The position numbers and the translations under genes were made by a program. A stretch of DNA of 64,000 bases from a bacterium (GTDB taxonomy: Bacteria; UBA8248; JACPRG01; G963555815): contig CBDHDG010000004.1 in assembly GCA_965261595.1 (NCBI GenBank), forward strand, positions 640,001 to 704,000. Reading direction: 5' to 3'. The notes beneath the pieces were generated by a model that was not told the origin of the DNA, did no database searches, and saw nothing but the letters and a program-made list of their open reading frames with translations. Shown here in pieces: positions 10,808-21,324 of the stretch (positions within the stretch are counted from its first letter, which is position 1; each line of letters opens with the position of its first letter).

Positions 10808-11305
10808 ATGCCCGAAAAACGCAATCAGCCCCACGTCATTGTACGCACCGTCGGCCGGGGGACGCAGATGCAGATGTTCACGACAACGGGCAAGCACTCC
10901 TACATCCTCGATGAGCCTGAAATCCGAGGCGGAGACGATTTGGGGGCGTCGCCGTACGAGTTCTTCATCGCCGGATACGGCGGCTGAGGCCTCCTCACGC
11001 TACTGGGAGTAGCGAAGGCCCGCGGCATCCGGCTGGACGACGTCGAGATACACCTCAGCTTCAAGCGAAGCCTCACGCCGAAGTTTCACAAGGATTACCA
11101 CGGCGATCCCGAGCGGCGAAAAAACAAGCTCGCCCAGCTCGTGTCGGACGTGTACATCAAAGGGGATGTGACTGAAGAGCAGAAGGCGATGCTTCTGGAC
11201 GAGATGAAGAACTGTCCGCTGCACAACACGATGATGAGGCCGCCGGAGCTCATCGAGAACCTCCACATCGTCCCCCCGGACGGGGAAATGCCCCGGTACG
11301 AATGA
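10808..11305 (+). CDS. OsmC-family selenoprotein (165 aa, Sec at codon 60, UGA 10985-10987)
   Basis: MPEKRNQ...ILDEPEIRGGDDLGASPYEFFIAGYGG-U-GLLTLLGVAKARGIRLDDVEI...KNCPLHNTM; UGA at the first catalytic Cys position of OsmC/Ohr, second Cys in the CP motif; hairpin immediately downstream. Not in the ORF track. Confidence 0.88.
10988..11020 (+). promoter_or_regulatory. Bacterial SECIS-like hairpin
   Basis: GGCCT...CGCTACT-GGG-AGTAGCG...AGGCC; G-rich apical loop starting 18 nt after the UGA. Confidence 0.75.
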
Positions 11306-11399
11306 CCCGCGGCCGGGCGATGAACACCCGTCCCCCGGCGCTTGTCGAATCCGGAGGGCGCCGACCGAAAGGGGGACGCGTCCCTTCGGGGGCTTCGGC

Positions 11400-12434
11400 T
11401 CAATCCTCAACCGGATGGAGGAGGACCTTCACCTCTTCGGCCGCTTCGAGCCTCTCGAACGACGTTTCCCATTCGGTGATCGGAACCCGGCTGGAGACGA
11501 TGGCCCGCGGGTCCACCTTGCCTTGGCCAAGGAGGTCCAACGCGCGCTTCCAGTCCCGCCAGTTGTGGGAGAACATCCCCGTCACCTGAACCTCTTTGTA
11601 GGCGATTTGCTCCCAGTCGATTTCGAACGGTCTGCCCATCAGGCCGACCTGGGTGAACTTCCCCGCCTTCCGGACCAGGTCCAACAGCAGTCCGGCCGCC
11701 GCGGGCGCGCCCGCCGACTCGAAAACGACGTCCGCCCCGAATCCGCCGGTGAGATCGCGGACGAAAGAGACGGCGTCTTCTTCGTCAAGGTTCATGACCC
11801 CCGCCAACCCCAGGGTTCGCGCGACCTTCAACCGGACGGTGTCGCGGTTCGTTCCCAGCAGAATGACGCACCCCCCTTCGGCCTTCGCGACCTGCGCCAC
11901 CATCAGGCCGATGGGGCCGGGCCCCGTCACGACGACAACGTCCCCCGCCTGGACGCGGGTCAGGTGGATGACGCCGTGGACGGCGCAGGCCAGGGGCTCG
12001 GCCAGCGCGCCCGCGATGAAATCCACATTGTCGGGCAGTCGATGGAGGAGGGCTTGCCGCGCGATGACAAAATTGGTGAAGGCGCCGTCCACACCGTAGC
12101 CGAAACCGAGGCGGTCGTTGCAGAGGTTGTAATCGCCGCGCCGGCAGAACCGGCACCGGCCGCACGTCTTGGCGGCCGTTTCACACGTCACGCGGTCCCC
12201 GGGAGCGTATGCCGTCACGCCCTGCCCGACTTCAGCGACCTCGCCGCAGAACTCGTGCCCCATCACCACGGGCGGGTTGGACATGAAATGGTCGTGATAG
12301 ATGTGGAGGTCCGTCCCGCAAACTCCGGCGTTCCGGACAGCGATTTTGACCTCACCCGGCCCGGGCGATTTCTCGGCGACTTCCCGGACTTCGACGTTGC
12401 CCGCCCCCCGCGCTGTCTTCACGACTCCAAGCAT
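11400..12434 (-). CDS. Zn-dependent MDR alcohol dehydrogenase (sorbitol/threonine dehydrogenase-like)
   Basis: GVCGTDLH, GHEFCG, CGRCRFC...C, EPLAC, GPGPIG. Confidence 0.92.
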   Translation of the reverse strand: MLGVVKTARGAGNVEVREVAEKSPGPGEVKIAVRNAGVCGTDLHIYHDHFMSNPPVVMGHEFCGEVAEVGQGVTAYAPGDRVTCETAAKTCGRCRFCRRGDYNLCNDRLGFGYGVDGAFTNFVIARQALLHRLPDNVDFIAGALAEPLACAVHGVIHLTRVQAGDVVVVTGPGPIGLMVAQVAKAEGGCVILLGTNRDTVRLKVARTLGLAGVMNLDEEDAVSFVRDLTGGFGADVVFESAGAPAAAGLLLDLVRKAGKFTQVGLMGRPFEIDWEQIAYKEVQVTGMFSHNWRDWKRALDLLGQGKVDPRAIVSSRVPITEWETSFERLEAAEEVKVLLHPVED

Positions 12435-12818
12435 CGGAATCCCTCCCATCGGCATTCCCACGCCGATTTTCCATGATGAAAGGAGGCTTCCCTTGATCCT
12501 TCTTGAAAACGCCCCCCCCTCGCCTCTCTCCCGTTTTGCGCAACAAATTTTGGTTTGTATCTTCTTTTTTACTTTTAGGATTGCCTGAAAATGATTATAC
12601 TGCCTAACAATCCACGGAATGGGGAAAGCCGGAGCTCACCGGTAACATGTGACTGGACCACCCCGAATATACCGAAAGCGAGTTGGTTTCGGCAATCTCG
12701 TAAAGATGGGCCGGAGGGTGTTCACTCAATCCTCCCGCGTGCCGATATCTATAAGGTGAAGCGGCCGAAACAGCGCCGGACGGGTCATTCCGCGAACCTC
12801 AGCCGAGGAAAATCAAAA

Positions 12819-13097
12819 TTGTCCGAGAAGAGAGACACCTTCAGGTATGAGCTTCTGAACGGCGACGAGATGGTCGCGGTCGGAACCAGCCACAGCCCCC
12901 ACCGTGTCGCCCGGGATTACTCAGCGGACGGGCTGGAAGTCTCCGACGTGCGCATCATCGGACCCGCCATCAGCCGGGAAGCCGCTGAGATTTGGGTGGA
13001 ACAACGCCTCGATGAATATCGCCGCGAGAACGATGGAAAGAACCCCCGGTACAATCCGACGGAAATACAACTCGAGCTGCTGACCGAATCCGCTTAA
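12819..13097 (+). CDS. Small hypothetical protein, degenerate GIY-YIG-like
   Basis: TTG start after GAGG; RDTFRYEL..GDEMVAVG...REAAEIWVEQRLDEYRRENDGKNPRYN. Confidence 0.5.
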   Translation: MSEKRDTFRYELLNGDEMVAVGTSHSPHRVARDYSADGLEVSDVRIIGPAISREAAEIWVEQRLDEYRRENDGKNPRYNPTEIQLELLTESA

Positions 13098-13198
13098 CAC
13101 GTTATTCTCAAGATCCTTTCGATTCTGTGGCGAGGCCGATCCTTCCCTTGCTAATCTCTTCGCTTGCCGGACCTTCCGGCCGCCCTCCTCCCCCCGCC

Positions 13199-14296
13199 TT
13201 ACAATGCACCATGAACGAGATTGGCCCCTTGCGTGGGTGAGAGAGCGAGCGGCGCCGAAGACCGAGACCGCAGCTCCCGCACCGAGCCGATTCCTTCCTC
13301 ATCCATTTTCCGCAGAAGCCCCCGGGATATCCGGGCCGGCGCCGACGGACCCAGGTAGACGAAAGACGTCAGGATATCCACGATGCCGGCGCCCGCCTCC
13401 AGGAGACGGAAGGCCCCCTCTCCGTCGAAAACGCCCCCGGCCGTCTTGATGACAAGGCGTTCGTCAATCCGGCTTCGAAGGTCCCGGACAATCCGGAGGG
13501 TGTTGTCGAACACCGGGCGGCCGGTCAGGTTTCCCCTTCCCACCGCGAGACGAGGGTTATCATGCATGATTCCCCCGCCCATGCTGACGCCCTCCAGAGC
13601 GCACCTCGCCGCGATGTCCGCCATCGCCAGCGCCCTCCGCCAATTCTCCTCCGACATGCGCAGGGGCAGCTTCAGGAAAAGGGGCTTTCGGCGCTCGGCC
13701 GAAACCGCTTCCAGGAGGCGGGCGGTGTGATCCATCTCGTTCAAATCAGGCCGCTCCTTCTGGTTGGGGCAAATCCAGTCGATCTCCACCGCATCCACCC
13801 AGGGTTCCACAGCCCTGTGACTCGTCAGGATCTCCTCGACCGAGAACCCCCCTATGTTCGCGATGACCACAGGCCCGCCGGCCGGGTGGGACTCGCGGCG
13901 CCGGGAGAGGTTGGCAACGGCGTACTCCAGCCCCTTGGAGGGCAGCCCCAGGCTGTTGACCAATCCCATCTCCCGAGTCCGCCGCAGCAATCTGGGGCCG
14001 GGATTCCCGGCTCGGGGCTTCGGCATAATGGTTCCCACGGTCACAACGCCGAATCCAAGGCGGGAAACCCCCGGAAGGGTTTCCACGTCTTTGTCGAATC
14101 CGGCGCTCAAACCGATGGGGCTGCGCAGACGCAACCCCGCCACTTCGGTTTCCAGGCGTGAATCCCGGACCTGAAAACGTCCGGACATGGCCTGCCAAGG
14201 TTGTTTTCCGGCAAGGGCCCGCCTGCCCAATTTATGGGCCGGCTCCGGCGGAAGAAGAAACAGCAAAGGACGAACGAGGGACTCATAAACGGTCAT
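13199..14296 (-). CDS. pyrD: Dihydroorotate dehydrogenase (class 2-like)
   Basis: PEPAH, PIGLSAGFDKD, GNPGPRL, NSLGLPSKG, CPN active-site loop, LKLP, GNLTG, GGV. Confidence 0.75.
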   Translation of the reverse strand: MTVYESLVRPLLFLLPPEPAHKLGRRALAGKQPWQAMSGRFQVRDSRLETEVAGLRLRSPIGLSAGFDKDVETLPGVSRLGFGVVTVGTIMPKPRAGNPGPRLLRRTREMGLVNSLGLPSKGLEYAVANLSRRRESHPAGGPVVIANIGGFSVEEILTSHRAVEPWVDAVEIDWICPNQKERPDLNEMDHTARLLEAVSAERRKPLFLKLPLRMSEENWRRALAMADIAARCALEGVSMGGGIMHDNPRLAVGRGNLTGRPVFDNTLRIVRDLRSRIDERLVIKTAGGVFDGEGAFRLLEAGAGIVDILTSFVYLGPSAPARISRGLLRKMDEEGIGSVRELRSRSSAPLALSPTQGANLVHGAL

Positions 14297-14509
14297 TTTC
14301 AACCTCCCTTCGCGAAGGCAGGCACTGCCGAATCATCGTATCCCACGGGGTTCTTGGACACAACCGGAAAATAGACGACATTGACAATGTTTGAGGATAA
14401 TCGTTACGCTCTTTCAGGGTATCCAATGAGCCTGCGGGAAGCCGTATCCGATGGATTGGAATGAGGGAGGAGGGGGGGGAAGGGGGGCCGTGAGCCGGAA
14501 GGGGGTCCA

Positions 14510-15305
14510 GTGATACGAAGAGACTTGGAGGGAGAATGGTTCCTCATCACCCAACCCGAGCACGCCCGCCTCTCCGGTTTTCTGGCCGGCCATTGGGGGG
14601 GGGAACCATCCCCGTCCCGAACCCCGGGACGAGGTGGTCCTGGCCGCCGCCGCGCACGACAACGGCTGGCGCGAATGGGACGCCCGGCCGAGTCTCAACG
14701 CCGACGGCGCACCCGCGTTCATGTACGAGAACCCCATCGGCGAGGTCTTCAAGATCGGCCATCGCGGGGTCGGGCGGCTTTGCGACCAGGGGCATCCCTA
14801 CGCGGCCGCCCTGGTCAGCCAACACTACGTCAACTGGGCCGCGGACATCCTGACGGGCGTGCGCAAGATCCGGACCGTCACACCCGAGCTCAGGTCCGAG
14901 ATCGAGGCCTTCAAATCAACCCAGGAGGAAAGGCAGGCCGAGCTTTGCGAACGGCTTCGGGAACGGCCGGAATTCGAAGAAGCGGTCGCGCCCGATCGCT
15001 TTCACCGCAACGCCCGATACGTCTGGACCTTCGACATGCTGTCCCTCCTGCTGTGCTGCCGCTGGCCCCATATCGAAACACTTCGGGATATCCCGGAGGG
15101 TGACGGATTCGGCGATATACAGGTCAAATTCGTGGACGACTGGAACCTTGAGGCAGCCCCCTGGCCTTTCGACTCCGACGTCCTGGAGTTCGCCGTGCGG
15201 GGACCCCGTCTTCCCGCAAAACCCTTCGACAGCCAGTCGGACTTCTGGGCGGCCCTGGAAGACACCCCCGAGGCGGAGGTCATCTTCCGGTATTCGCCGG
15301 GCTGA
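14510..15305 (+). CDS. DUF3891-like protein, frameshifted near the G-run at about 14595-14625
   Basis: ITQPEHARLSGFLAGHWG in one frame joins AAAAHDNGWREWD...PYAAALVSQH...APWPF in the next. Confidence 0.7.
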
Positions 15306-15354
15306 GGCGTCCCCTCCCCCCCCCTCCCCCTCCCGGGTTATTGGCCGTCTTCGC

Positions 15355-16215
15355 TTAAATCCCGGCCTCGGCATAACGCTCGAAGTTGAAGTTCTTCTCC
15401 ACGCAGGTCTTGTTGCGGCATTCTCCGCATTGAGGGGACGACCTCTGAACCGGAAGCTCGTCATGCTCATTCCGGCAGACCTCGACCATCTCCAACGCGC
15501 GGTCGATTTTCTTCCGGCTTCCGCTCAAGTAAAAAGTCTCGCTGCCGTCCTTTCCCAACAGATCCCCCGAACCCACGGGAAAGGCCTCCAGGTCGAAGAG
15601 GATTCGGAAGGTTTCCACCTCGGTGACCGTCCGCCCCACGATGGGGATATAGCCGGTGGGCAGGCCGATGGACCAGTCGATTCGCCGGATGCCCATCTTC
15701 GGACAGTTCCTCATGACTGAGCCCAGGATGGCCTTCTGGAGGGAAACCGGAACGATCAGATGGGCCCCTTTGGCCAGGATGACGGGCATGGCGACCTGAA
15801 GGGTCCCGTAGTTCTCGGTGGCCAGAAACCCGCCCGCGAGACCCGTGGGGTCCACGGCGTTCCCCCCTTTGATGAAGACATCCCTCTCTGAAAATTCTCG
15901 CACCACGGATTGGAGCTTGTACTCCCGGAGCAGCTCCCCATTCTTGAAGACCCACGAGGCCCCGTACCCGTGCTTCAGCAGGAAGGCGCGCATCTCCGCG
16001 TCCGAGCAGAGCCCTTTGCGGACGATCAATCCGGCCGCCATGGCCCCTTCCGGGAGTTTCCCCGTCAGCTCGTAGAAAACCAGGACGGACGTGGTTCCCG
16101 CGTTGACAACGACGGTCTCGGATTCAAAGGCCCGCCGCACCTCGGGAAGCGAGGCCACGGCCTTGGCGATCAGCCGCTGACCGATGAGGGGCTCGACGTT
16201 GAGGAGAAGCTCCAT
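15355..16215 (-). CDS. Conserved hypothetical protein with a C-terminal CxxCxxxxC motif; paralog of 16382-17179
   Basis: GTTS, DVFIKGGNAVDPTG, LIVPVSLQK, TEVE, GSG motifs shared with its neighbour; CGECRNKTC tail. Confidence 0.65.
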   Translation of the reverse strand: MELLLNVEPLIGQRLIAKAVASLPEVRRAFESETVVVNAGTTSVLVFYELTGKLPEGAMAAGLIVRKGLCSDAEMRAFLLKHGYGASWVFKNGELLREYKLQSVVREFSERDVFIKGGNAVDPTGLAGGFLATENYGTLQVAMPVILAKGAHLIVPVSLQKAILGSVMRNCPKMGIRRIDWSIGLPTGYIPIVGRTVTEVETFRILFDLEAFPVGSGDLLGKDGSETFYLSGSRKKIDRALEMVEVCRNEHDELPVQRSSPQCGECRNKTCVEKNFNFERYAEAGI

Positions 16216-16381
16216 TGACTTTTCACCTGGACGGGACGGAAAAATCGGGCAGCCGACCCAAATGCCCGCTCAACCGTTTGGAAACCCCGGTTTTCCACCG
16301 ATCCGGTAGGCCGGGCATCCTGCCCGGCTGGGAAAGGGAGAATTCGGGTCTTGAAAAGCAGACCGATTACGGGACTCCACC

Positions 16382-17179
16382 CTAAATGCTTCCCGACGCC
16401 TCCTTGAGGACGTTGACCAGCTCCAGGGCGGCCAGGACTTCCTTTTCCGAGCCCTCGAGATGGAGGGTGATCGTCCCCTCCGCGCCAATCGCTCCGCCCG
16501 AGCCCATGTGGGTCGCCGCGACATTCGCCAGGAGCCCCAGGGCCTCGATCTCCGTGACGACTTTCCCCGGGAGTGGGAGAAATCCCACCGGCTCGCCCGT
16601 TGCGTGCCGGATCTTCCGGATTCCCAGACGGCGGCTGATCCCGACCACCGACTCGAAGACGGCCCGCTCTAGGCCCACCGGGACCAGGAAGTGAGACCCC
16701 TTGGCCAGGACCGTCCCCATGGCCACCTGGACCGCGCCCTCCGATTCCGTCCCCACAAAGGTCCCGGCGAACCCCTCCGGGTCGATGGCGTTCGCGCCCT
16801 TGATGAAAACATCACGGGCCTGGAACCCGTTGATAATCTTCAGGAGGTCGTATTCCCGCTGGATCGACCCCTCGCGGATCACCCACGAATCCCCGGCGCC
16901 CAGGGGCAGGTAGCGCCCGAGGAGGCCATCGACGTCCGACAACGGCCCGGGGTCTTCCGGCGCCTGGCCCTCGCGAAACTCCCGGACCACATGGACCGAC
17001 GTGCTGTCCGCCGCGATGACGACCGTCCCGGAGCGGACGGCCTCCTTCATTTCCGGAAGGGACCAGAGCGCTTTCGCGATCAGGGCCATAGATTCCTCAG
17101 GGGTGAGACTCGCCAGGGCCTTCACGGGGCCTCCGGGAAAGGTTTCGGGGAATACGCGCGCGAAGCCGTCTCGCTCCAT
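16382..17179 (-). CDS. Conserved hypothetical protein; paralog of 15355-16215
   Basis: LIAKA, DVFIKGANAIDPEG, LVPVGLER, VTEIEAL, GSGGAIGAEG. Confidence 0.65.
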   Translation of the reverse strand: MERDGFARVFPETFPGGPVKALASLTPEESMALIAKALWSLPEMKEAVRSGTVVIAADSTSVHVVREFREGQAPEDPGPLSDVDGLLGRYLPLGAGDSWVIREGSIQREYDLLKIINGFQARDVFIKGANAIDPEGFAGTFVGTESEGAVQVAMGTVLAKGSHFLVPVGLERAVFESVVGISRRLGIRKIRHATGEPVGFLPLPGKVVTEIEALGLLANVAATHMGSGGAIGAEGTITLHLEGSEKEVLAALELVNVLKEASGSI

Positions 17180-17299
17180 ACCGCCCGCTCCGACACCGGA
17201 CGCGGGTAGAACGATGGGTCTCTTTTAAAATACCCCCTTTCACCTTGAGCGGAAAAGGCTCTCAACCCTGAAGGGGGCCTCTTCTCTGAATCCGGCGGA

Positions 17300-18400
17300 T
17301 CATCCCAGGTCTTCCAGTTTCTGATCGATGACATCCGTCAACTCCACCACGTCCGCCACCGTCCAATCTCCCATGTGTCCAATCCGGAACGTGTTTTCGC
17401 GTAATTTCCCATAGCCGCCCGCGATGAGGACGCCTTCATTTTCGAGGCTCGAATAGAGGCCGGGCAGGTTGAAATCCGGGGGGGGGGGGACCTCGACGGC
17501 CGTCACCGTGGGTGAGGCGAATCTTTCCTCGACAAGGAGGGAGAACCGGGATCCGGCCCATCCGCGAACGTGCGCGGCCATTCGCCGGTGACGCTCGTAT
17601 CGCGCGTCCAAGGTCTCACGCTCGATGTCGCGGAGCTGACGGTCGAGGGCCAGAAGGTGGGCGCTGGAAGCGGTGAACGGGAGCTGACCCTTCTCCATGG
17701 ATTCCACGCACCGCAGGAGGTCCAGGTAGAAGCCCCGGTCGGGATTTCCGCCCGCCCTGTGGAGCGCCCCGGGCGACAGGATGCCGAGGCCGAGGCCGGG
17801 CGGCAACGCGAGACACTTCTGGGAGCCGGACAGGCAGACATCGATCCCGTTCTCTTCCACCTCGACCGGCACGCCGCCCAGACTGCTTACGGCGTCGACC
17901 AGGAGAAGAACATCGGGATGCTCATGGACCGCCCCGGCGATCTCCGCCAACGGATTCAGGACGCCCGTGCTCGTCTCGCTGTGAACGAGCGTCACGGCAT
18001 CGAACGCCTCCCCCCCCCCGCTCAGGGCGTCTCTCACGTCTTCCGGCCGGGTCGCCGCTCCCCACTCGACGCGAAGCGGAACGGCCTCCCGTCCGTGGCG
18101 CCGGGCGATTTCATGCCACCGCTCGCTGAACGCGCCGCAGATGAGATTGAGGACCCTTCCGCCCCGGGGGACCGTGGTAAGCAGAGCGGCCTCCATCATC
18201 GCGGTGGATGAGGAGGTGGTCAGGACGACTTTGTGCCCGGACGCGCTCTGGACGCCGAACAAGTCCCGGAGCCTCGGAACGATTCCTGCCAGCAGCCGCT
18301 TCATGGCCGGTCCCCGGTGGTGGATGGGGGGACGGGCCATCTCGGCCAGGATTTCCGGCCGGACCTGGGTGGGGCCCGGCATGAAGTTCTTCTGAAACAT
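17300..18400 (-). CDS. Class V PLP aminotransferase (alanine/serine-glyoxylate type)
   Basis: PGPT, HSETSTGV, VDAVSS, GSQKCLALPPG, FRIGHMG. Confidence 0.92.
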   Translation of the reverse strand: MFQKNFMPGPTQVRPEILAEMARPPIHHRGPAMKRLLAGIVPRLRDLFGVQSASGHKVVLTTSSSTAMMEAALLTTVPRGGRVLNLICGAFSERWHEIARRHGREAVPLRVEWGAATRPEDVRDALSGGGEAFDAVTLVHSETSTGVLNPLAEIAGAVHEHPDVLLLVDAVSSLGGVPVEVEENGIDVCLSGSQKCLALPPGLGLGILSPGALHRAGGNPDRGFYLDLLRCVESMEKGQLPFTASSAHLLALDRQLRDIERETLDARYERHRRMAAHVRGWAGSRFSLLVEERFASPTVTAVEVPPPPDFNLPGLYSSLENEGVLIAGGYGKLRENTFRIGHMGDWTVADVVELTDVIDQKLEDLG

Positions 18401-18424
18401 TGCCGCCTCACGTCCGGCGGGGAC

Positions 18425-19315
18425 TCAGCCGTAGAGCAGGTTCGCCGAGTTGATGTGGGCCATCCTCCGGATGTCGTCGGGGGGAATGCCTTCCTCCAAC
18501 AGGATCTCGAAGAGCAGGCGCAGGGCCTCGACGGGCGGCGGGTTGTGCAGTTGACCCACGTCGGAGGACAGGACCACGCGCTCCGGGCCGATCTTCCGGA
18601 TCGACTCGGCCAACTCGCTGACGGACAGCGTCCACCAGCGCGGCGAGATCTCCATGAAGGTGTAGTTGAGCATCGCCCCCGCCCCCGCCAGCTCCTCGTG
18701 AAGGGCGAAGGGAAGCTTCGACCAGAAGGGGTGATCGGCCACAACCTTCTGGACGCCTTTCTCTTTCGCGAGGCCGACGAGGATCCGGATCTCCTCCCCC
18801 GACAGGTGGCCGCAGCTCAGGATCACGTTCGCCTCGGCGATGAGATCCAGGATGTCGTGAACCTCGGGAAGGACTTTTCCCGCCTCGTCGAGGATCTGGA
18901 TGGGCCGGTAGTTCTCGTAAAGGCGGGAGGCCCGCTTCCCGTCCGCCGTCGCGATGCCCTTGTAGCCCCCGACCTGGCCCGTGATTTCGACATGATGGGC
19001 CGCGTCCACGGTCGGCATGAAGATCTTCTTGGCCCCGTAACGGATGGCGGTATCCACCGCCCAGGGATTCAACCCGCCCACCGGATAGTTCAGATTCAGG
19101 CTGCCGAAGACGTCGATCCCGCTGACGACCCGGGCGACGAGGGGCATCCGGTCCGCCGTGCCCTGGTGATGGCACTTCATCAAAACGGCCCGCATCCCCG
19201 CGTCACGGGCCTGCTTGGCGATGTCGATGTGGTCGTAAAGGCGTACAAACACGTCGGGCGACGAATGAATATGAATGTCGCAAGCCCCTTGAAGCAACTC
19301 GAGATCCTGCCGCAT
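18425..19315 (-). CDS. DUF6282-like amidohydrolase-superfamily protein
   Basis: DIHIHSSPD, MKCH, GGLNP, MPT, CGHL, DHP, SSDVGQ motifs. Confidence 0.75.
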   Translation of the reverse strand: MRQDLELLQGACDIHIHSSPDVFVRLYDHIDIAKQARDAGMRAVLMKCHHQGTADRMPLVARVVSGIDVFGSLNLNYPVGGLNPWAVDTAIRYGAKKIFMPTVDAAHHVEITGQVGGYKGIATADGKRASRLYENYRPIQILDEAGKVLPEVHDILDLIAEANVILSCGHLSGEEIRILVGLAKEKGVQKVVADHPFWSKLPFALHEELAGAGAMLNYTFMEISPRWWTLSVSELAESIRKIGPERVVLSSDVGQLHNPPPVEALRLLFEILLEEGIPPDDIRRMAHINSANLLYG

Positions 19316-19344
19316 GACCTCTCTCCTTTCCGATCCTTCGGCCT

Positions 19345-20973
19345 TCAGCTCAGGCCGTCCAGGTGCTCTTCCAAATCGTGCGGTCTCCACCAGGGCCGGA
19401 TGTCCAGGTCCTCGGCGATGACCTTCGCCGCGTTGTAACCCGGGCCGCCGGTGATGTTTCCTCCGGGATGGCAGCAGCCCCCGCAGAGATACAGCCCCCC
19501 GACGGGCGTCCGGTAGCCGGAAAGCTCGGGGATGGGCCGCCGGTCATAGAACTGCCCGTCCGACAGGTGGCCTTCGAGCTGGTCCCCGCGCACCATGGTG
19601 GCGATATGCGCCTCGATGTCCAGGGGGGTCTGGCAGAACCGGTTGACGATGACACCGGGCTTTCTGAGGTTCGGCGCGTACTCCGCCCACCGGTCGTGCA
19701 GGGCGTCCAGAAGCTCGTCCTGGATCTCCCGCCACCGGCGCGGCCCCCCATCCGCCAAGTCGTACGGGGCCATCTGCCACATGAAGGCCGTGTGCTTGCC
19801 GGGCGGGGCCTGGCTCGGGTCGAACACCGTGGGTGTCGTCCCGTTGAAAAAGAGCTTCCTGGGAATGCGCCCCTCCTCGTGGGCCCGGTGAAACTCGAAC
19901 ATGTCCTCGCGGGAATCCATCCCCACCAGCGTGAGGAGGATCCGGCCGGCGTCCGGCTCGCGCACCTCCGCCGTGTAGACCGGCCTCTCGTTCAACGCCA
20001 GATGGATGGAGAAGATCGGACCGACCGGCCCGTAGCGGAAGCCCCGGGTCTTTTCGGCCAGGACGGGATCGACCCGTCCCGGCTCGATGAGGTCGACAAA
20101 GGTCTGGGCGGGCCCCGTGCCGGCCGCGACGAACCGCCGGGCGAGTATCGTCCGGCCGCTCCGCAGGACCACGCCTTTCGCCCGGCCGTTCTCGACCAGG
20201 ATGCGCGAAACCTCCCGGCCCTCGACCATGTCCGCGCCGGCGGAAAGCGCGCTGGCGTCCAGGGCGTGGGCCAGGCGGTGAGATGTCCCCCGCGCCATCT
20301 GGGGATTCACGCCGGTGGCGATCATGTGGGGGATCATCCAGCCCAGGCGCTTGGAGAAGCTGTGGTAGCCGCGCAGGTCGGCGAGGAAGAGCAGGAAGCC
20401 CCGGATCGCTTCGTTTTCGAACAACTCGCAGACGACCTCATCGGGAGACTTGTCGGCGAACTGGAGGAACTCCTCCCCGGACCGCGTTCCGCGCACGCGG
20501 GATTTCAAGTTCTCCCAGCCGATGGGGGGAGCGTACGTCATCGGCTCCGTCACGTCCCGAACAACAGGCCGCCAGCGGTGATGGACCTCCTCCCAGGTCC
20601 GGGCGTCCCGGGGCGAGACCTCCCCGATGGAGCGCAGCGTCTTCTCGAGGTCCGCATACAGCAGGACGCACCGCCCGCCCGCCATCAACATCCCGCAGCC
20701 GACCTCCGCCCGGATATATTCGACGTCGAATTCGCCGACCGCCAGGTCCTTCCACCAGGGGAGGTTCATGAGGTTGCGGTGAAAGAAGGAGTGCATGTTG
20801 TGCATGAACCCCGGATGCCGCGGGTCCACGTGCGTGTCGAGGCCGCCGCCCTGCTCCAGGTAGCGCTCGAGGACGACGACATCCAATCCCGCCCGGGCCA
20901 TGTAGCCCGCCAGAATCAGCCCGTTGTGTCCCGCGCCGATGATGATCCCGTCGTATTCGGTCTGAAGGGCCAA
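19345..20973 (-). CDS. Phytoene-dehydrogenase-like FAD-dependent oxidoreductase
   Basis: IIGAGHNGL, DPSQAPPGKHT, TPLDIE, YRTPVGGLYLCGGCCHPGGNITGGPGYNAA. Confidence 0.9.
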   Translation of the reverse strand: MALQTEYDGIIIGAGHNGLILAGYMARAGLDVVVLERYLEQGGGLDTHVDPRHPGFMHNMHSFFHRNLMNLPWWKDLAVGEFDVEYIRAEVGCGMLMAGGRCVLLYADLEKTLRSIGEVSPRDARTWEEVHHRWRPVVRDVTEPMTYAPPIGWENLKSRVRGTRSGEEFLQFADKSPDEVVCELFENEAIRGFLLFLADLRGYHSFSKRLGWMIPHMIATGVNPQMARGTSHRLAHALDASALSAGADMVEGREVSRILVENGRAKGVVLRSGRTILARRFVAAGTGPAQTFVDLIEPGRVDPVLAEKTRGFRYGPVGPIFSIHLALNERPVYTAEVREPDAGRILLTLVGMDSREDMFEFHRAHEEGRIPRKLFFNGTTPTVFDPSQAPPGKHTAFMWQMAPYDLADGGPRRWREIQDELLDALHDRWAEYAPNLRKPGVIVNRFCQTPLDIEAHIATMVRGDQLEGHLSDGQFYDRRPIPELSGYRTPVGGLYLCGGCCHPGGNITGGPGYNAAKVIAEDLDIRPWWRPHDLEEHLDGLS

Positions 20974-21324
20974 CGTTTGATTTCCTCTCCACAACCGGCC
21001 GGCGAGGCTTGCGCGCGGACTGAAGCAGCGAAACCCGGCGATAAGCCGGGGCCTCGAGAAAACGAAAAAACTCCGGATTTTTCTGCCGGATCAGCGACTT
21101 CGAATCATATCAGCAATGAGCGTTCGGCGCGGCGGAGGCGAACCGAATGTTGCGGGAGGGGGCAATGGATGAATTGTTCAGCCGCCGGGAAGCGGAACCG
21201 CGCGGTGAAAGCGGGCGCGCGTATCGGGAACGGATTAGGCAGACGGATCCGCTGAAAGGTGGGCGAAGCGCTTGGCAAAGACCGCGTTGGATCTTGCCGG
21301 GATGTTGACGGCTTGCGCCGCCGT

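Noticed and set aside
12600..12720. GGGGAAAGCCGG segment resembling a cobalamin riboswitch
   Set aside because: The downstream conserved elements (GCCCCCGC-ACTGT and the B12 box) are not present.
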